Origin: Polyangiaceae bacterium
GTDB taxonomy: Bacteria > Myxococcota_A > Polyangia > Polyangiales > Polyangiaceae
Direction: 5' to 3'
NCBI GenBank assembly: GCA_044376115.1
Contig: JBILLK010000008.1
Location: 96,001-160,000 of the forward strand
Length of the DNA: 64,000 nt
Shown: positions 19,747 through 28,333 of the stretch, in pieces
How positions within the stretch are numbered: the first letter of the stretch is position 1
Layout: each line of letters starts with the position of its first letter
The notes under the pieces: generated by a model
The model's database searches: none
Seen by the model: the letters and a program-made list of their open reading frames with translations, nothing else
What the model was told of the DNA's origin: nothing
Translations under genes and position numbers: made by a program

Positions 19747-20751
19747 CTAGGAGCCCGTCGACTTCTCGATCAGTCGATCGACCCGAGCCTGTCCCTCCGC
19801 ACGCTGCGATTCAAGGAGCGGCCCGTAGCGGACCACCACCTCGTCCGCCGTCCACGCAAACGTGAACCTCGGTAACGACCGAGGCCTCGCCTCGATCGGC
19901 GACAGGTGCAGCACGTGCTCGCGGGTCCCGGGGCGACCTGTTCGCACTGCGAAGGGCGCGGCAGATTCTGCAAGGGCGCACGGCCACGGTCGACCCGGCT
20001 CGCCGGCGATGAGCGCGCGCACGATGCCAGTCGCGTTCTCAAGTGACTTCGTCGGCAATCGAAGCCGCACTTCGATCTGCGCTCGAGGAGGATGCCACTC
20101 GGGTCGGCATGGCGCCTCAGGAACTGCGCCCGTTGGCGCGTCGCGCCCGCCGAGCGTCCGCCGTAGCCACGTCGAACGCACCGAGAGCGCTCGATAACAC
20201 GACTCCGGATCAAACGCCGACGTCCAGGAGAGAACGCCGACGCCGTCCGTGATGTCTCGAACGACGCCGGGCGGTAGCGGGTCGCTCGCGAGCGCCTCCC
20301 AGGCGCACGGCGGATCGACGTGAAGATCGAAGCTTCGCTCCGTCGCTACGTCGACGAACGCATCAGCGTCGAAGCGGCCCGGGCAGGAGTCCAGCTCGGC
20401 CTCACCCACTGCGCGAACCGCGCCGCGATCCAGCTCGACGGGGCACGCACGAACGAAGGAGCGCAGGCCCTGCGCGACGACCGCAACCTCAGCAGGCGCC
20501 GCGAGCGTGAGCAAGAGCCGGTACTTACCTACTTCGAGCCGATGGCCGAGCGCGCTGGTCGCTTGCAGCGTGGTGTCCTCTCGCGTCGCATCGTTCGCCA
20601 ACTCGACGAGATCACCACCAAACCGCCGCCAACGGCCTCGCACGCTCGCCTTGTCCCAGCGCACGTCGAGGAGCAGGCCGAGATGCGACGCTGCGGCCTG
20701 GGATAGAGCGTAGTCCTCCGGAATGAAGAACAGATCGACAAGGAACCTCAC
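19747..20751 (-). CDS. Hypothetical protein
   Basis: 334-aa ORF co-directional with the run. Confidence 0.5.
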   Translation of the reverse strand: MRFLVDLFFIPEDYALSQAAASHLGLLLDVRWDKASVRGRWRRFGGDLVELANDATREDTTLQATSALGHRLEVGKYRLLLTLAAPAEVAVVAQGLRSFVRACPVELDRGAVRAVGEAELDSCPGRFDADAFVDVATERSFDLHVDPPCAWEALASDPLPPGVVRDITDGVGVLSWTSAFDPESCYRALSVRSTWLRRTLGGRDAPTGAVPEAPCRPEWHPPRAQIEVRLRLPTKSLENATGIVRALIAGEPGRPWPCALAESAAPFAVRTGRPGTREHVLHLSPIEARPRSLPRFTFAWTADEVVVRYGPLLESQRAEGQARVDRLIEKSTGS

Positions 20752-20871
20752 GACAGAGCAAGCCTAGCCTGGGGTGGGCGCGTGCGGTGGTGCGGACAGG
20801 GGATTCGGACCGGCTCCTTGATCAGCTGGGAGGAGCAATCCAAGGCTGAAACTTTCTGGACGCATTAAGCG

Positions 20872-21231
20872 TTAGGCCACACATCTTGGCAGAACCAAGA
20901 AAGTACCCAAACCTGCCTCAAGCGCGAAGCCACCGAGATTTTTGATGTCGAGATTGCGATCGAGAACAGCTGAGTAACCACGCCCAACGGAAGCACCGAG
21001 CCAGGCAACTCCGGCGACCACAAAAACCGTTTCCGTCTGCGCAGCGATGCAGAAGGCACCGAGAGCCGCGAACAAGCCGCCGTAGGTCGCGCGTATCTCC
21101 GATCGCCCGTTCAGCCCGACCGGAGAGATGCTCACGAAGGCTGCCGCCTTGTCAGGGAGAAAGAGACCGAGCAAGCCAAGGAGAGTCGTAGCGACCGCAC
21201 CAACGTTTGCGAGAATGAGGATGGGATGCAT
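20872..21231 (-). CDS. DUF4345-like small membrane protein with cassette boundaries
   Basis: G.SEIRATYGGLF motif; preceded by GTTAGGC (21249-21243) and its stop codon lies in GCCTAAC (20877-20871). Confidence 0.75.
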   Translation of the reverse strand: MHPILILANVGAVATTLLGLLGLFLPDKAAAFVSISPVGLNGRSEIRATYGGLFAALGAFCIAAQTETVFVVAGVAWLGASVGRGYSAVLDRNLDIKNLGGFALEAGLGTFLVLPRCVA

Positions 21232-21275
21232 GGGTCTCCAGTGCCTAACTTATTGCAGTTCAGCTGCATGCCCCG

Positions 21276-21956
21276 TCAGACCGTGACCTGTTTCCATTCT
21301 ACGGCGTCTTTCAAAGTACTAGTACGGTCTGCAAACGCGACGAAGCAGCGCACAACATCCTGGAGGCTTGGCTTCAATGCGCGATAATGCCGGTCGGCGG
21401 CTCCGTCGCGACACTCGATTACCCACTTCTGCCGCGCGTTAACCTGAGCTTGGATAAAGCGATTACGCCCGCGCTCGAGGATGACGAAGCTGTTCTGTGG
21501 TACTCGAAGTTTCGATACTTGCTGCGCAATGCTCTCCGTTGAAGCGCTTAGCATCACGCTGCCGTCCTCGGTCTGAAGCACCGAACGCGAGGCAGTTCCA
21601 GCGGGTACTTCTTGGCTGAGGCGCGGCCCTTGAGGATCGAAGCAAACGAGCCCGAGGCTTCGCGCCAACTCCACCACCGTTGGAAGCACGCCCTTCACTC
21701 GGGAGAACGCAATCGGGAGGAGAACGTAGTTATTCGATACGTCGATATTGGCCGTCCACGGAGAGCGGGCCGCCTGTGCCTTGTTGGGCGCATCGAGACT
21801 GGGATACGTCGCGCACAGTTGCTTGTAAAAGGCACTGACGCGGCGATCCGGCGCGACAACTTTACAATCGGCGTTGGTTAGCGCCGCGTAGATGCGAACT
21901 GCCTCCTCCACGGTGAGCGGACGCTTGCTTCCCCAAATCGCGACGTCGTAGCTCAT
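21276..21956 (-). CDS. Hypothetical protein, immunity-like
   Basis: MSYDVAIW...SPW...LA...GLVCFDPQ motif plus a second domain. Confidence 0.6.
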   Translation of the reverse strand: MSYDVAIWGSKRPLTVEEAVRIYAALTNADCKVVAPDRRVSAFYKQLCATYPSLDAPNKAQAARSPWTANIDVSNNYVLLPIAFSRVKGVLPTVVELARSLGLVCFDPQGPRLSQEVPAGTASRSVLQTEDGSVMLSASTESIAQQVSKLRVPQNSFVILERGRNRFIQAQVNARQKWVIECRDGAADRHYRALKPSLQDVVRCFVAFADRTSTLKDAVEWKQVTV

Positions 21957-21993
21957 ATTCGGATGCGCCTGGCTGTTGGCAGCGAGTTGCTTG

Positions 21994-22075
21994 GTCTGAC
22001 AAGTTTAGCGACGTTCTGCGGCGGGCGGAATAGGAAGGCCGAAGGCCAACCGTCGTTACCCGCGAAAGCGCTCGG
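21994..22075 (-). other. Degenerate attC
   Basis: GTCTGAC...GACGTTCTGCGGCG...CCCGCGAAAGCGC resembles both arms of intact attC sites; core boxes decayed. Confidence 0.4.
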
Positions 22076-22112
22076 GGACATCCTCGCAGGGTATCCGCCC
22101 GGCGAGGGCCGT

Positions 22113-23714
22113 TCAGGTTGAGACTTGACGGGGCTCGAGGGGTTTCGCTCGAGCGAGGAAGTCGAGTTCGGCGAGCTGGGCGGCGACCTCGGGTCGCTGT
22201 TTGGTGGACGCCCAATGTTTGGGCGAGAGTTCAATGGCGCGCTGGCGGGGCCAGCTCGGCAGCAGCGTGAGGACGTCGCGCAGGTAGGCCCACGGCTCTA
22301 CGTCGTGGAGTTCACAGCTGGCGATCAGCGATACGATCGTGGTGTTCCAATGCGTTGCTTCATCACTTCCGCAAAAGAGCCAGTTCTTCCGGCCGATGAC
22401 CTGCCGACGCAGCGATAACTCGCTTAGATTGTTATCGAGTCGCAGTTGCCCATCGCCAAGAAAGCGCTCAAGCGGCTCGCGGTGATTTCGTAGGTAGTTA
22501 AGCGCTAGTCGCAAGGGAGACTTGTCGTCAGGCGAGCGACAGACCTCATCGACCCAATCGTACAGCTGAGCAAGGATCGGTTTAGCGAGCTCGGCCCGTC
22601 GCGCTTGGTCCCAATCCCCATCAGCGCCGTTGCGCGTAATGCGGTTTACTTCATAGAGCCGACCGATGAGCACGAGCCCACGCGTTGCTCCTTCTCGGTC
22701 ACTCGACAATGCTTCGAAGAACTTGCGTCGCGCGTGGGACCAGCATCCAACCTCAGTGATCCCCCCATTCTGGCGGTAGAGTTCGTGATAGATCGCCGAT
22801 GCGTCAGCAAGGACGTATCCCTTGTAGTCGCCTAGTAGCGCGACGGGCTCGAAGCGGTCCTCGCGTTCAGCTGCGTGATAGAGCACATGGTCACGTGCGG
22901 CGACGAGCACGAAGAAGCTCTTTCGACGACAATGTTCCTTGTCTTGAACCAGGATTCCCGTCGCATCGATTCCGACCCACGGGCAGTGCTTCGCGTCTTC
23001 CCACATCGCTTGAACGACATGACGCAATAGCGAATAGCTACCCTGCACCCAGTCAGACAAGGTGGAGCGTGCCAGCTCAACACCCGCTCTACGAAAGATG
23101 CTCTCCTGTCGGTGCAGCGGAAGATGATCTGCGTACTTTTGCACCAATACGTGGGCGCATAGCGAAGGCGCTGCCAGACAGCGCTTTAATCCTCTATCGG
23201 GCAGGTTGGCTTGTTCAATTGGCGCACCCGCCATCTCACCCTTGCGCCGATACTTCGGTCGATGCACCTCAAGCCGAAGATAGTGACCAGGCTTGTACTC
23301 AATGGTGGACGTCTTATCGACGTCGATCTCCTCAACCTGCTCCCGCTCCTCCGCTGTCATCAGCGGTTCTAGCCGAAGGACGTGCACCTCGAGATCACCA
23401 AGGTCTGCCGGCTTGCGGCGCCCGTGTTGCCCACCACTCTTGCGCGGCTCAGGTGCGTTGCTCGGTGAAGGGCTATCTGCAACCTCGGGCTCATTCGTCG
23501 AGCCAACCGGCGGGAAGGTTTGAAGCAACGATTCAAGAAACGAAAGTTGCTGCTCAGCAGCTCGAAACTTCTCCGTCTTCGGCCCGACTAATCCACGTCG
23601 TAGCTTCTCGAGTTCAAGCAGCGCCTTCGCGTAGGCCTTCTGCAGTCGCTCGATCTGCGCGTCCTTCTCCGCAAGCTGCGCTCGCAGCGCGAGCTCTCTC
23701 TTGCTGAGTTCCAT
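22113..23714 (-). CDS. tnpC: IS66 transposase TnpC
   Basis: KYADHLPLHRQ, IDATG, CWSHARRKF, LDNNLSE..LR...GRKNWLF motifs. Confidence 0.95.
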   Translation of the reverse strand: MELSKRELALRAQLAEKDAQIERLQKAYAKALLELEKLRRGLVGPKTEKFRAAEQQLSFLESLLQTFPPVGSTNEPEVADSPSPSNAPEPRKSGGQHGRRKPADLGDLEVHVLRLEPLMTAEEREQVEEIDVDKTSTIEYKPGHYLRLEVHRPKYRRKGEMAGAPIEQANLPDRGLKRCLAAPSLCAHVLVQKYADHLPLHRQESIFRRAGVELARSTLSDWVQGSYSLLRHVVQAMWEDAKHCPWVGIDATGILVQDKEHCRRKSFFVLVAARDHVLYHAAEREDRFEPVALLGDYKGYVLADASAIYHELYRQNGGITEVGCWSHARRKFFEALSSDREGATRGLVLIGRLYEVNRITRNGADGDWDQARRAELAKPILAQLYDWVDEVCRSPDDKSPLRLALNYLRNHREPLERFLGDGQLRLDNNLSELSLRRQVIGRKNWLFCGSDEATHWNTTIVSLIASCELHDVEPWAYLRDVLTLLPSWPRQRAIELSPKHWASTKQRPEVAAQLAELDFLARAKPLEPRQVST

Positions 23715-23747
23715 TGCCTACGCAGTATTGGATCTCGCGATCACTCG

Positions 23748-24086
23748 TCAAGGGCTCGCCCTTGTCTTCTCGAACGGAAGCTTCATCTGGGACAAGAGAT
23801 TGGCGAGCCTCGAGGTATCCAACTCGAGCGCCATCACTCCGGCCTCCGCAACAGTGGGCAGTTGGAACGTCCCGCGATGCACGCGTCGATAGTAGAGATT
23901 GGTGCCTTGAGTGTCCGACCAAACCACTTTGAGTCGGTCGCGTCGTCCGTTGCAGAAAACGAAGATTCCGCCCTCCTTTACCTCTCGCTGCATCAGTCGC
24001 CGCGCCATCTCTGAAAGCCCATCAAACCCGCGTCGAAAGTCTACTGGCGCTAATGCGATATAAACCGCTACGTTGCTCGGAATCAC
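23748..24086 (-). CDS. tnpB: IS66 accessory protein TnpB
   Basis: PVDFRRGFDGL, FVFCN.RRDRLKVVW.D motifs. Confidence 0.93.
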   Translation of the reverse strand: MIPSNVAVYIALAPVDFRRGFDGLSEMARRLMQREVKEGGIFVFCNGRRDRLKVVWSDTQGTNLYYRRVHRGTFQLPTVAEAGVMALELDTSRLANLLSQMKLPFEKTRASP

Positions 24087-24412
24087 TTCGCCGCCGCGAA
24101 CGAGAGCGCTTGCGCGAGGGCTCTAACATCGGCCAATCGCGCCCCTGCAATTCGCATGATGACCCCACCCGGAAGAGTGACTTCCACGCTCAACGGCGCC
24201 ATCACTGATGGCGCCTCATCCTTTGCAATTCTTACGAAGGTAAGCCCAGCCTGCTCCGCCCCCGCTACCTGCAATAGCTTTCTCCGGTACTTGGTGCGGT
24301 AAGCCGAAGCCACGCTCTTCTTTACGTACTCATCAATCTCGAGCCCAGAAGCCTTCCATTGCGCAGCTCGGTCGGCCCACATCTTCTGGTTGCTCTGTCT
24401 GTTCCCGTTCAT
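24083..24412 (-). CDS. tnpA: IS66 accessory protein TnpA
   Basis: W..SGL....Y motif, first ORF inside the inverted repeat. Confidence 0.75.
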   Translation of the reverse strand: MNGNRQSNQKMWADRAAQWKASGLEIDEYVKKSVASAYRTKYRRKLLQVAGAEQAGLTFVRIAKDEAPSVMAPLSVEVTLPGGVIMRIAGARLADVRALAQALSFAAAK

Positions 24413-24484
24413 CGCTAACCTCCTTCGAAGTCAGCTTCATCGATCCCGCCGCCCTTGTCTCAACGGCCCTCGCCGGACGGATAC

Positions 24485-24822
24485 CATTTAATAACAAAGC
24501 TGCAATCGCGGAACGGAATCGTGATTGCGGCCACGTAGGTCATGCCCGTTGGCGTTTGCGAAATCTTGAAGACGGCCTGAACCGCCGGGAACCCGGCAAC
24601 AGCGATGCGCTCGACCTCGACCAGGCCACCGGACTCCCCCAGTGCGGTGCGGTAAACGTCGCGTAAGGCCGAGATCTTGTCGCGTGCCGAGGGGAGGTCT
24701 GGCGGTATGTCGAAGAAATCGAGAGAGACTTGGTCGCCGGCCTCGTTCCTCCAGCGGAGACCGTCGCCGGGATGCTCCCGCCAGCCTTCGAGAGGGAGTT
24801 CGATGTGATGCACCGAGAGCAT
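24485..24822 (-). pseudogene. Cassette 6 gene truncated by IS66
   Basis: ORF runs into the IS end; last residues YPSGEGR are encoded by the inverted repeat. Confidence 0.75.
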
Positions 24823-24832
24823 GGCCAGGTCA

Positions 24833-24922
24833 GTCCAACGTACCGGGATTCAGCCACGAGTGGCAAAGGGAGCGAGCTTTCGAGCGACCGACGCACTCGT
24901 CGACTGCAATCCCATGTTGGAC
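24833..24922 (-). other. attC site
   Basis: GTCCAAC...GGGATTCAG...CTGCAATCCC...GTTGGAC imperfect palindrome with core boxes. Confidence 0.88.
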
Positions 24923-24924
24923 GG

Positions 24925-25734
24925 CTATCCTTCGAGGCCGAGGTGGTTCCGACGATACTCGGCGCGCTGCTCGGGAGTGAGAAGCAGCGCCGATGCGGGA
25001 CGAGGTCTCCCGCGAAAAAGGAGCCGGTCCCAGTAGTCCTCCCGGTAGTACACGTTCCACGGCTCGAGTCCGTACCAGACGCGAGCGAATTGCTTGAGGA
25101 CGGCGTCGCTGGTCGAAGTCCCTCCCTGTCCCCAAGGACCCGAAGCGGCGTCGACAGCCGGCTCAGCGTGGCCGAGAACAGCGAACTCTTTCGAGTCAAG
25201 GCAGATGCCATCCGTATGAAGAATGGTGATGAAACCAAGCTCGAGGATATCGTCAGCCCTCAGAAGACCGGGGGACCTTCCCTCGAACAAGACCAGTGTC
25301 GGGCCAGTCGAGTGGCTGCCCAGGACCTGCCCAAATGCGAACGTGGTCTCGTTCAAGGGGATCGAGAAGAGGTCGCCGAGCTTCCACGGCTGGGGCTTCG
25401 GTCTCTTCCAGGCTTGAGCCCTCGCAAGCGTTGAGGCGAGTTCGTCGTGGTCGAGCTCGAGACCGGCAAGTCGGTAGAGTACTCGTACCGCATGGATCAG
25501 TAGCTCAGCGCGGCGAGATCGAACGCAAACGGCGTCCGCCTCATAATCGATATCGAGTTTGCCGCGCGGACGCTCGCCATCTTCCGCGATAGCCTTCTCC
25601 AGAACCGCGAGCGCTTGCGCGTTGGTCTCGTGGCCGAGCAGGCTAGCGACATCGTGGCAGAACCAAAAGTCCGGATCGCTCGCGTCGGGGAGGTAGAGGT
25701 CTACCGAACCAAGTCGAAGAGAGGGGTCAGTCAC
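24925..25734 (-). CDS. Putative polymorphic-toxin immunity protein (Imm51-like N-terminal + Imm26-like C-terminal)
   Basis: IDYEADAVCVRS and WKLGDLFSIPL..FAFGQVL motifs; bounded by attC sites. Confidence 0.6.
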   Translation of the reverse strand: MTDPSLRLGSVDLYLPDASDPDFWFCHDVASLLGHETNAQALAVLEKAIAEDGERPRGKLDIDYEADAVCVRSRRAELLIHAVRVLYRLAGLELDHDELASTLARAQAWKRPKPQPWKLGDLFSIPLNETTFAFGQVLGSHSTGPTLVLFEGRSPGLLRADDILELGFITILHTDGICLDSKEFAVLGHAEPAVDAASGPWGQGGTSTSDAVLKQFARVWYGLEPWNVYYREDYWDRLLFRGRPRPASALLLTPEQRAEYRRNHLGLEG

Positions 25735-25753
25735 TAGCGTCGCGGCCTGGTCA

Positions 25754-25836
25754 GCCCAACGTAAGGCGTTCTGCGGCGAATGCCAGACCGAGCGAAGCGA
25801 GGGAGGGTAGTCGTCCGCAGCAACGCCCAGTTGGGC
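25754..25836 (-). other. attC site
   Basis: GCCCAAC...GGCGTTCTGCGG...CCGCAGCAACGCC..GTTGGGC. Confidence 0.92.
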
Positions 25837-25852
25837 CGCTCTCGCAACAGGG

Positions 25853-26248
25853 CTAGCACCAGTTCTCCAGGCTGAGCCCAGCGACCTTGGAGAAGTGCTT
25901 GGTATTGTTGGTGACGAGAATGGCGCCCAGCGACAGTGCGTGCGCCGCAATGAGCGTGTCCATCTGGCCGATAGGGATGCCGGCATCCGCGAGGGCGGCG
26001 CCGATCGTGCCGAATCGCTCCGCCGCGGAGTCATCGAACGGAGCCACTTGGACAGCGGAAACGAAGGCGTCGATGGCGGAATGAATCTTGCGCGAGCGTC
26101 GACGGTGTGCACCGAATCGCAGCTCCGCGAGGGTGATGGAGCTGATGCAGAGCTCCGAAGGACGGCGGCGCGCGATCTCATGAGCAACTCCGCCGTGCCC
26201 ACGCAACGCAAAGCTCACGGTGTCGGTGTCGAGCAGGAACGCGGCCAT
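25853..26248 (-). CDS. vapC: VapC PIN-domain toxin
   Basis: FLLDTD, SSITLAEL, G.PIG.MD.LIAAHA, LVTNN.KHF motifs. Confidence 0.93.
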   Translation of the reverse strand: MAAFLLDTDTVSFALRGHGGVAHEIARRRPSELCISSITLAELRFGAHRRRSRKIHSAIDAFVSAVQVAPFDDSAAERFGTIGAALADAGIPIGQMDTLIAAHALSLGAILVTNNTKHFSKVAGLSLENWC

Positions 26249-26252
26249 GACG

Positions 26253-26498
26253 TCACGCGAACGGATCGCGAAGCTTCGAAATAGGAGGACTTTTCGGGCG
26301 CTCGAAATCTTCGTCGAGGGAGCCAAGGCATCGCAGAAACGCCTCGGGCCACTCGTCGGGCGGCTCAAGGATCACCTTGCGACCGACCCTTCGCACCAGT
26401 ACCTCCGTGGACCCCTCGGGAAAACGGCACTCTCGCGGCAGCCGTACGGCCTGGCTACCGCCGTTCTGAAAGAGCTTCGCGCGTCTTGCTGCAGCCAC
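26253..26498 (-). CDS. vapB: VapB (AbrB/MazE-like) antitoxin
   Basis: AKLFQNGGSQAVRLPRECRF motif. Confidence 0.92.
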   Translation of the reverse strand: MAAARRAKLFQNGGSQAVRLPRECRFPEGSTEVLVRRVGRKVILEPPDEWPEAFLRCLGSLDEDFERPKSPPISKLRDPFA

Positions 26499-26504
26499 CG
26501 GCAA

Positions 26505-26533
26505 AGTATAGACTGTCGTAGCGACATCGGCAA
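26505..26533 (-). promoter_or_regulatory. sigma70 promoter of vapBC with palindromic operator, probably leaderless
   Basis: TTGCCG-17 nt-TATACT; spacer contains TGTCG-cta-CGACA; GTG start 6 nt after the -10 box. Confidence 0.7.
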
Positions 26534-26574
26534 GACACCATTGAAGCGAGTGGCGGCGTTCCGCAGGTCGACGG

Positions 26575-27003
26575 TCAGTCGTTGGTGGAAAGCGTGAGGC
26601 ACAGGCCGAGTCGCCCGCACTCCGACAAGAAGTCGGCTGGGATCTCCAAGTCAATCTGCTCATTGGCCAACCACCCGCCGATGAAGACGTCGGCACGGTT
26701 GCCATGCGCACGCCACTGGTCCAGACCTTCGCGTTCGCAGAGCTTCAACGTCGAGGTCGCGCGGGCGAAGCCCTCCCGAACCTGCTGTGCAAACTCCTCT
26801 GTCGGTTCGGCGGCGTGCTTCAAGTCATCCGCTCGCACGGAGAACAGGCGAGCAAGCGCCCACTGCGAGGCGGATCGGCTCGGCGACAGATCCTCGACGG
26901 TCTCCGCTGACACTCTGAGCACCTTGAAGAACGCGCTGCCCTTCGAATCAGGACCGCCTCCACCGCGCACAACAACATAGAGTTCTTGCAGGCCCTCGGT
27001 CAT
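26575..27003 (-). CDS. Hypothetical cassette protein
   Basis: ORF starts 15 nt after the attC core site. Confidence 0.6.
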   Translation of the reverse strand: MTEGLQELYVVVRGGGGPDSKGSAFFKVLRVSAETVEDLSPSRSASQWALARLFSVRADDLKHAAEPTEEFAQQVREGFARATSTLKLCEREGLDQWRAHGNRADVFIGGWLANEQIDLEIPADFLSECGRLGLCLTLSTND

Positions 27004-27018
27004 GCGCGCGCTACGTCT

Positions 27019-27119
27019 GCCCAACGTATCGGCGTTCTGCCGCGGGCGCCAAGAGGGAGCCTGCGAGCAAAGCGACCAGGCGAGCGAAGAAGCCCGTCGG
27101 CAGTAACGCCCTGTTGGGC
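27019..27119 (-). other. attC site
   Basis: GCCCAAC...GGCGTTCTGCCG...CGGCAGTAACGCC..GTTGGGC. Confidence 0.92.
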
Positions 27120-27141
27120 GGCGGCGCTACTGAATCGTGCG

Positions 27142-27783
27142 CTAGCCTCGGCCAGGGCTTGCGTGAGTTATGTCGTCGTCGTACTCGAGCCACTTGTACG
27201 CGATCCGAGGCGCCTGCCCAGTCGTCGCGTGAAGGAGCAGCTCAAAGGCCAGGGACCGCGGCATGTGGAATCGGCTGGGGTACCAGAACATCCCAACTCC
27301 GCAGCACGGGCAAGATTGATCGAGCTGCGAGACGCGGTCGATTTGCGCTCGAGCATTGAGGTCGGTGTACGCGTATCGCCTGTCGTCGCCAGTCTCCAGG
27401 TGATACTCAAGAACAGCAAAGGATGGGCCGAACACGAGACTGAGTCGTTCATGGGCGTCCGAAACGAGGAACAATTGCCCTGATGGAAGCTCAAGAAACG
27501 GCCTCAACGTGGAAGGGCTTGGTACAAGATCCGTATCAGTATCGTCGATGCGCCACGACCTTCGCGGGCGTAGCAGAGCGTCACTGTCTCGTGCAGAGCC
27601 CAGCTCAGGCGGGCTTGGGAGGAAGACCTCGCTAGTTCGCAACCGTTTCAGGAAGTCCCTATTTTGCGCTCGCGCGCCGGGAGACTGCTTAGCGCATTGA
27701 GCGCACAAGCCTTCCAGTCTCGCTGCTGTGGACGCCAGGATCACCGCCCCACAGTCGATGCAGGCACTTGTACCTTCGGCCAC
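27142..27783 (-). CDS. Cassette 3 hypothetical protein with CxxC pairs
   Basis: 213-aa ORF between two attC sites, GGAGG RBS, CIDC/CAQC/CPCC. Confidence 0.7.
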   Translation of the reverse strand: MAEGTSACIDCGAVILASTAARLEGLCAQCAKQSPGARAQNRDFLKRLRTSEVFLPSPPELGSARDSDALLRPRRSWRIDDTDTDLVPSPSTLRPFLELPSGQLFLVSDAHERLSLVFGPSFAVLEYHLETGDDRRYAYTDLNARAQIDRVSQLDQSCPCCGVGMFWYPSRFHMPRSLAFELLLHATTGQAPRIAYKWLEYDDDITHASPGRG

Positions 27784-27799
27784 AGCAGATCCTCCGTCC

Positions 27800-27887
27800 G
27801 CCCAACGTACCGGCGTTCTGCGGCAAGCGCCAGAGGGAGCGCGGAGCGCGACCGACGGCGATTGTCCGCAGCAACGCCATGTTAGGC
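27800..27887 (-). other. attC site
   Basis: GCCCAAC...GGCGTTCTGCGG...CCGCAGCAACGCC..GTTAGGC, 88 bp. Confidence 0.93.
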
Positions 27888-28251
27888 ACCAGCCACATAA
27901 CTCATTAAAGCTGGCTCTAGCGTTGAGGCCTCTCCAGCAACGAAGCCTCCCACGCCTTTACCTATCAGGTCATGTTCCCGTGCCTTGGCCAGGCCCCGAC
28001 GTCTCCCGTAACCGCGAGGCCTATCAATCAGGAAGCGCAGCAATAGAGGCGTTTCCTGAAGCCATACCCCATCAAGTCAACGCTCCAGGCACCGGATGGA
28101 TAAGCGACTAAGCCCTCCCAGCCGAAACACTCTCAAACCCGAACCAGAAGCCACCCGCGTCAGACGGAGTTACGGGAGCGGGGCTCGGCCACAGCAGGGA
28201 CAACCTTGCTGTCTAAATCTCAAGGCTAGCCCGCCCGCTATGTCTGCCTAA
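27806..28251 (-). other. ORF-less gene cassette 2 (446 bp), homologous to cassette 1
   Basis: Bounded by core sites; no reading frame conserved with its paralogue. Confidence 0.8.
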
Positions 28252-28333
28252 CGTACCGGCGTTCTGCGGCAAGCACCAGAGGGAGCGCGAAGCGCGACCG
28301 ACAGTGATTGTCCGCAGCAACGCCATGTTAGGC
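28246..28333 (-). other. attC site
   Basis: GCCTAAC...GGCGTTCTGCGG...CCGCAGCAACGCC..GTTAGGC, 88 bp, near-identical to 27800-27887. Confidence 0.93.

Larger units (their letters stand above)
22091..24484 (-). mobile_element. IS66-family insertion sequence (2394 bp)
   Basis: 23-bp terminal inverted repeats GTATCCGYCCGGCGAGGGCCGTT (22091-22113, 24462-24484); tnpA-tnpB-tnpC order. Confidence 0.92.

Noticed and set aside
23748..24086. RNA-guided TnpB nuclease
   Set aside because: This is the 112-aa IS66 accessory TnpB, unrelated to IS200/IS605 TnpB; no RuvC motifs
24925..26211. 428-aa ORF as listed in the track
   Set aside because: N-terminal extension overlaps vapC and crosses an attC; the real gene probably starts at GTG 25734
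24833..28333. CRISPR array interpretation of the recurring repeats
   Set aside because: Repeats are 83-101-bp imperfect palindromes with RYYYAAC/GTTRRRY ends, separated by 0.4-1.2 kb; no cas genes; they fit attC
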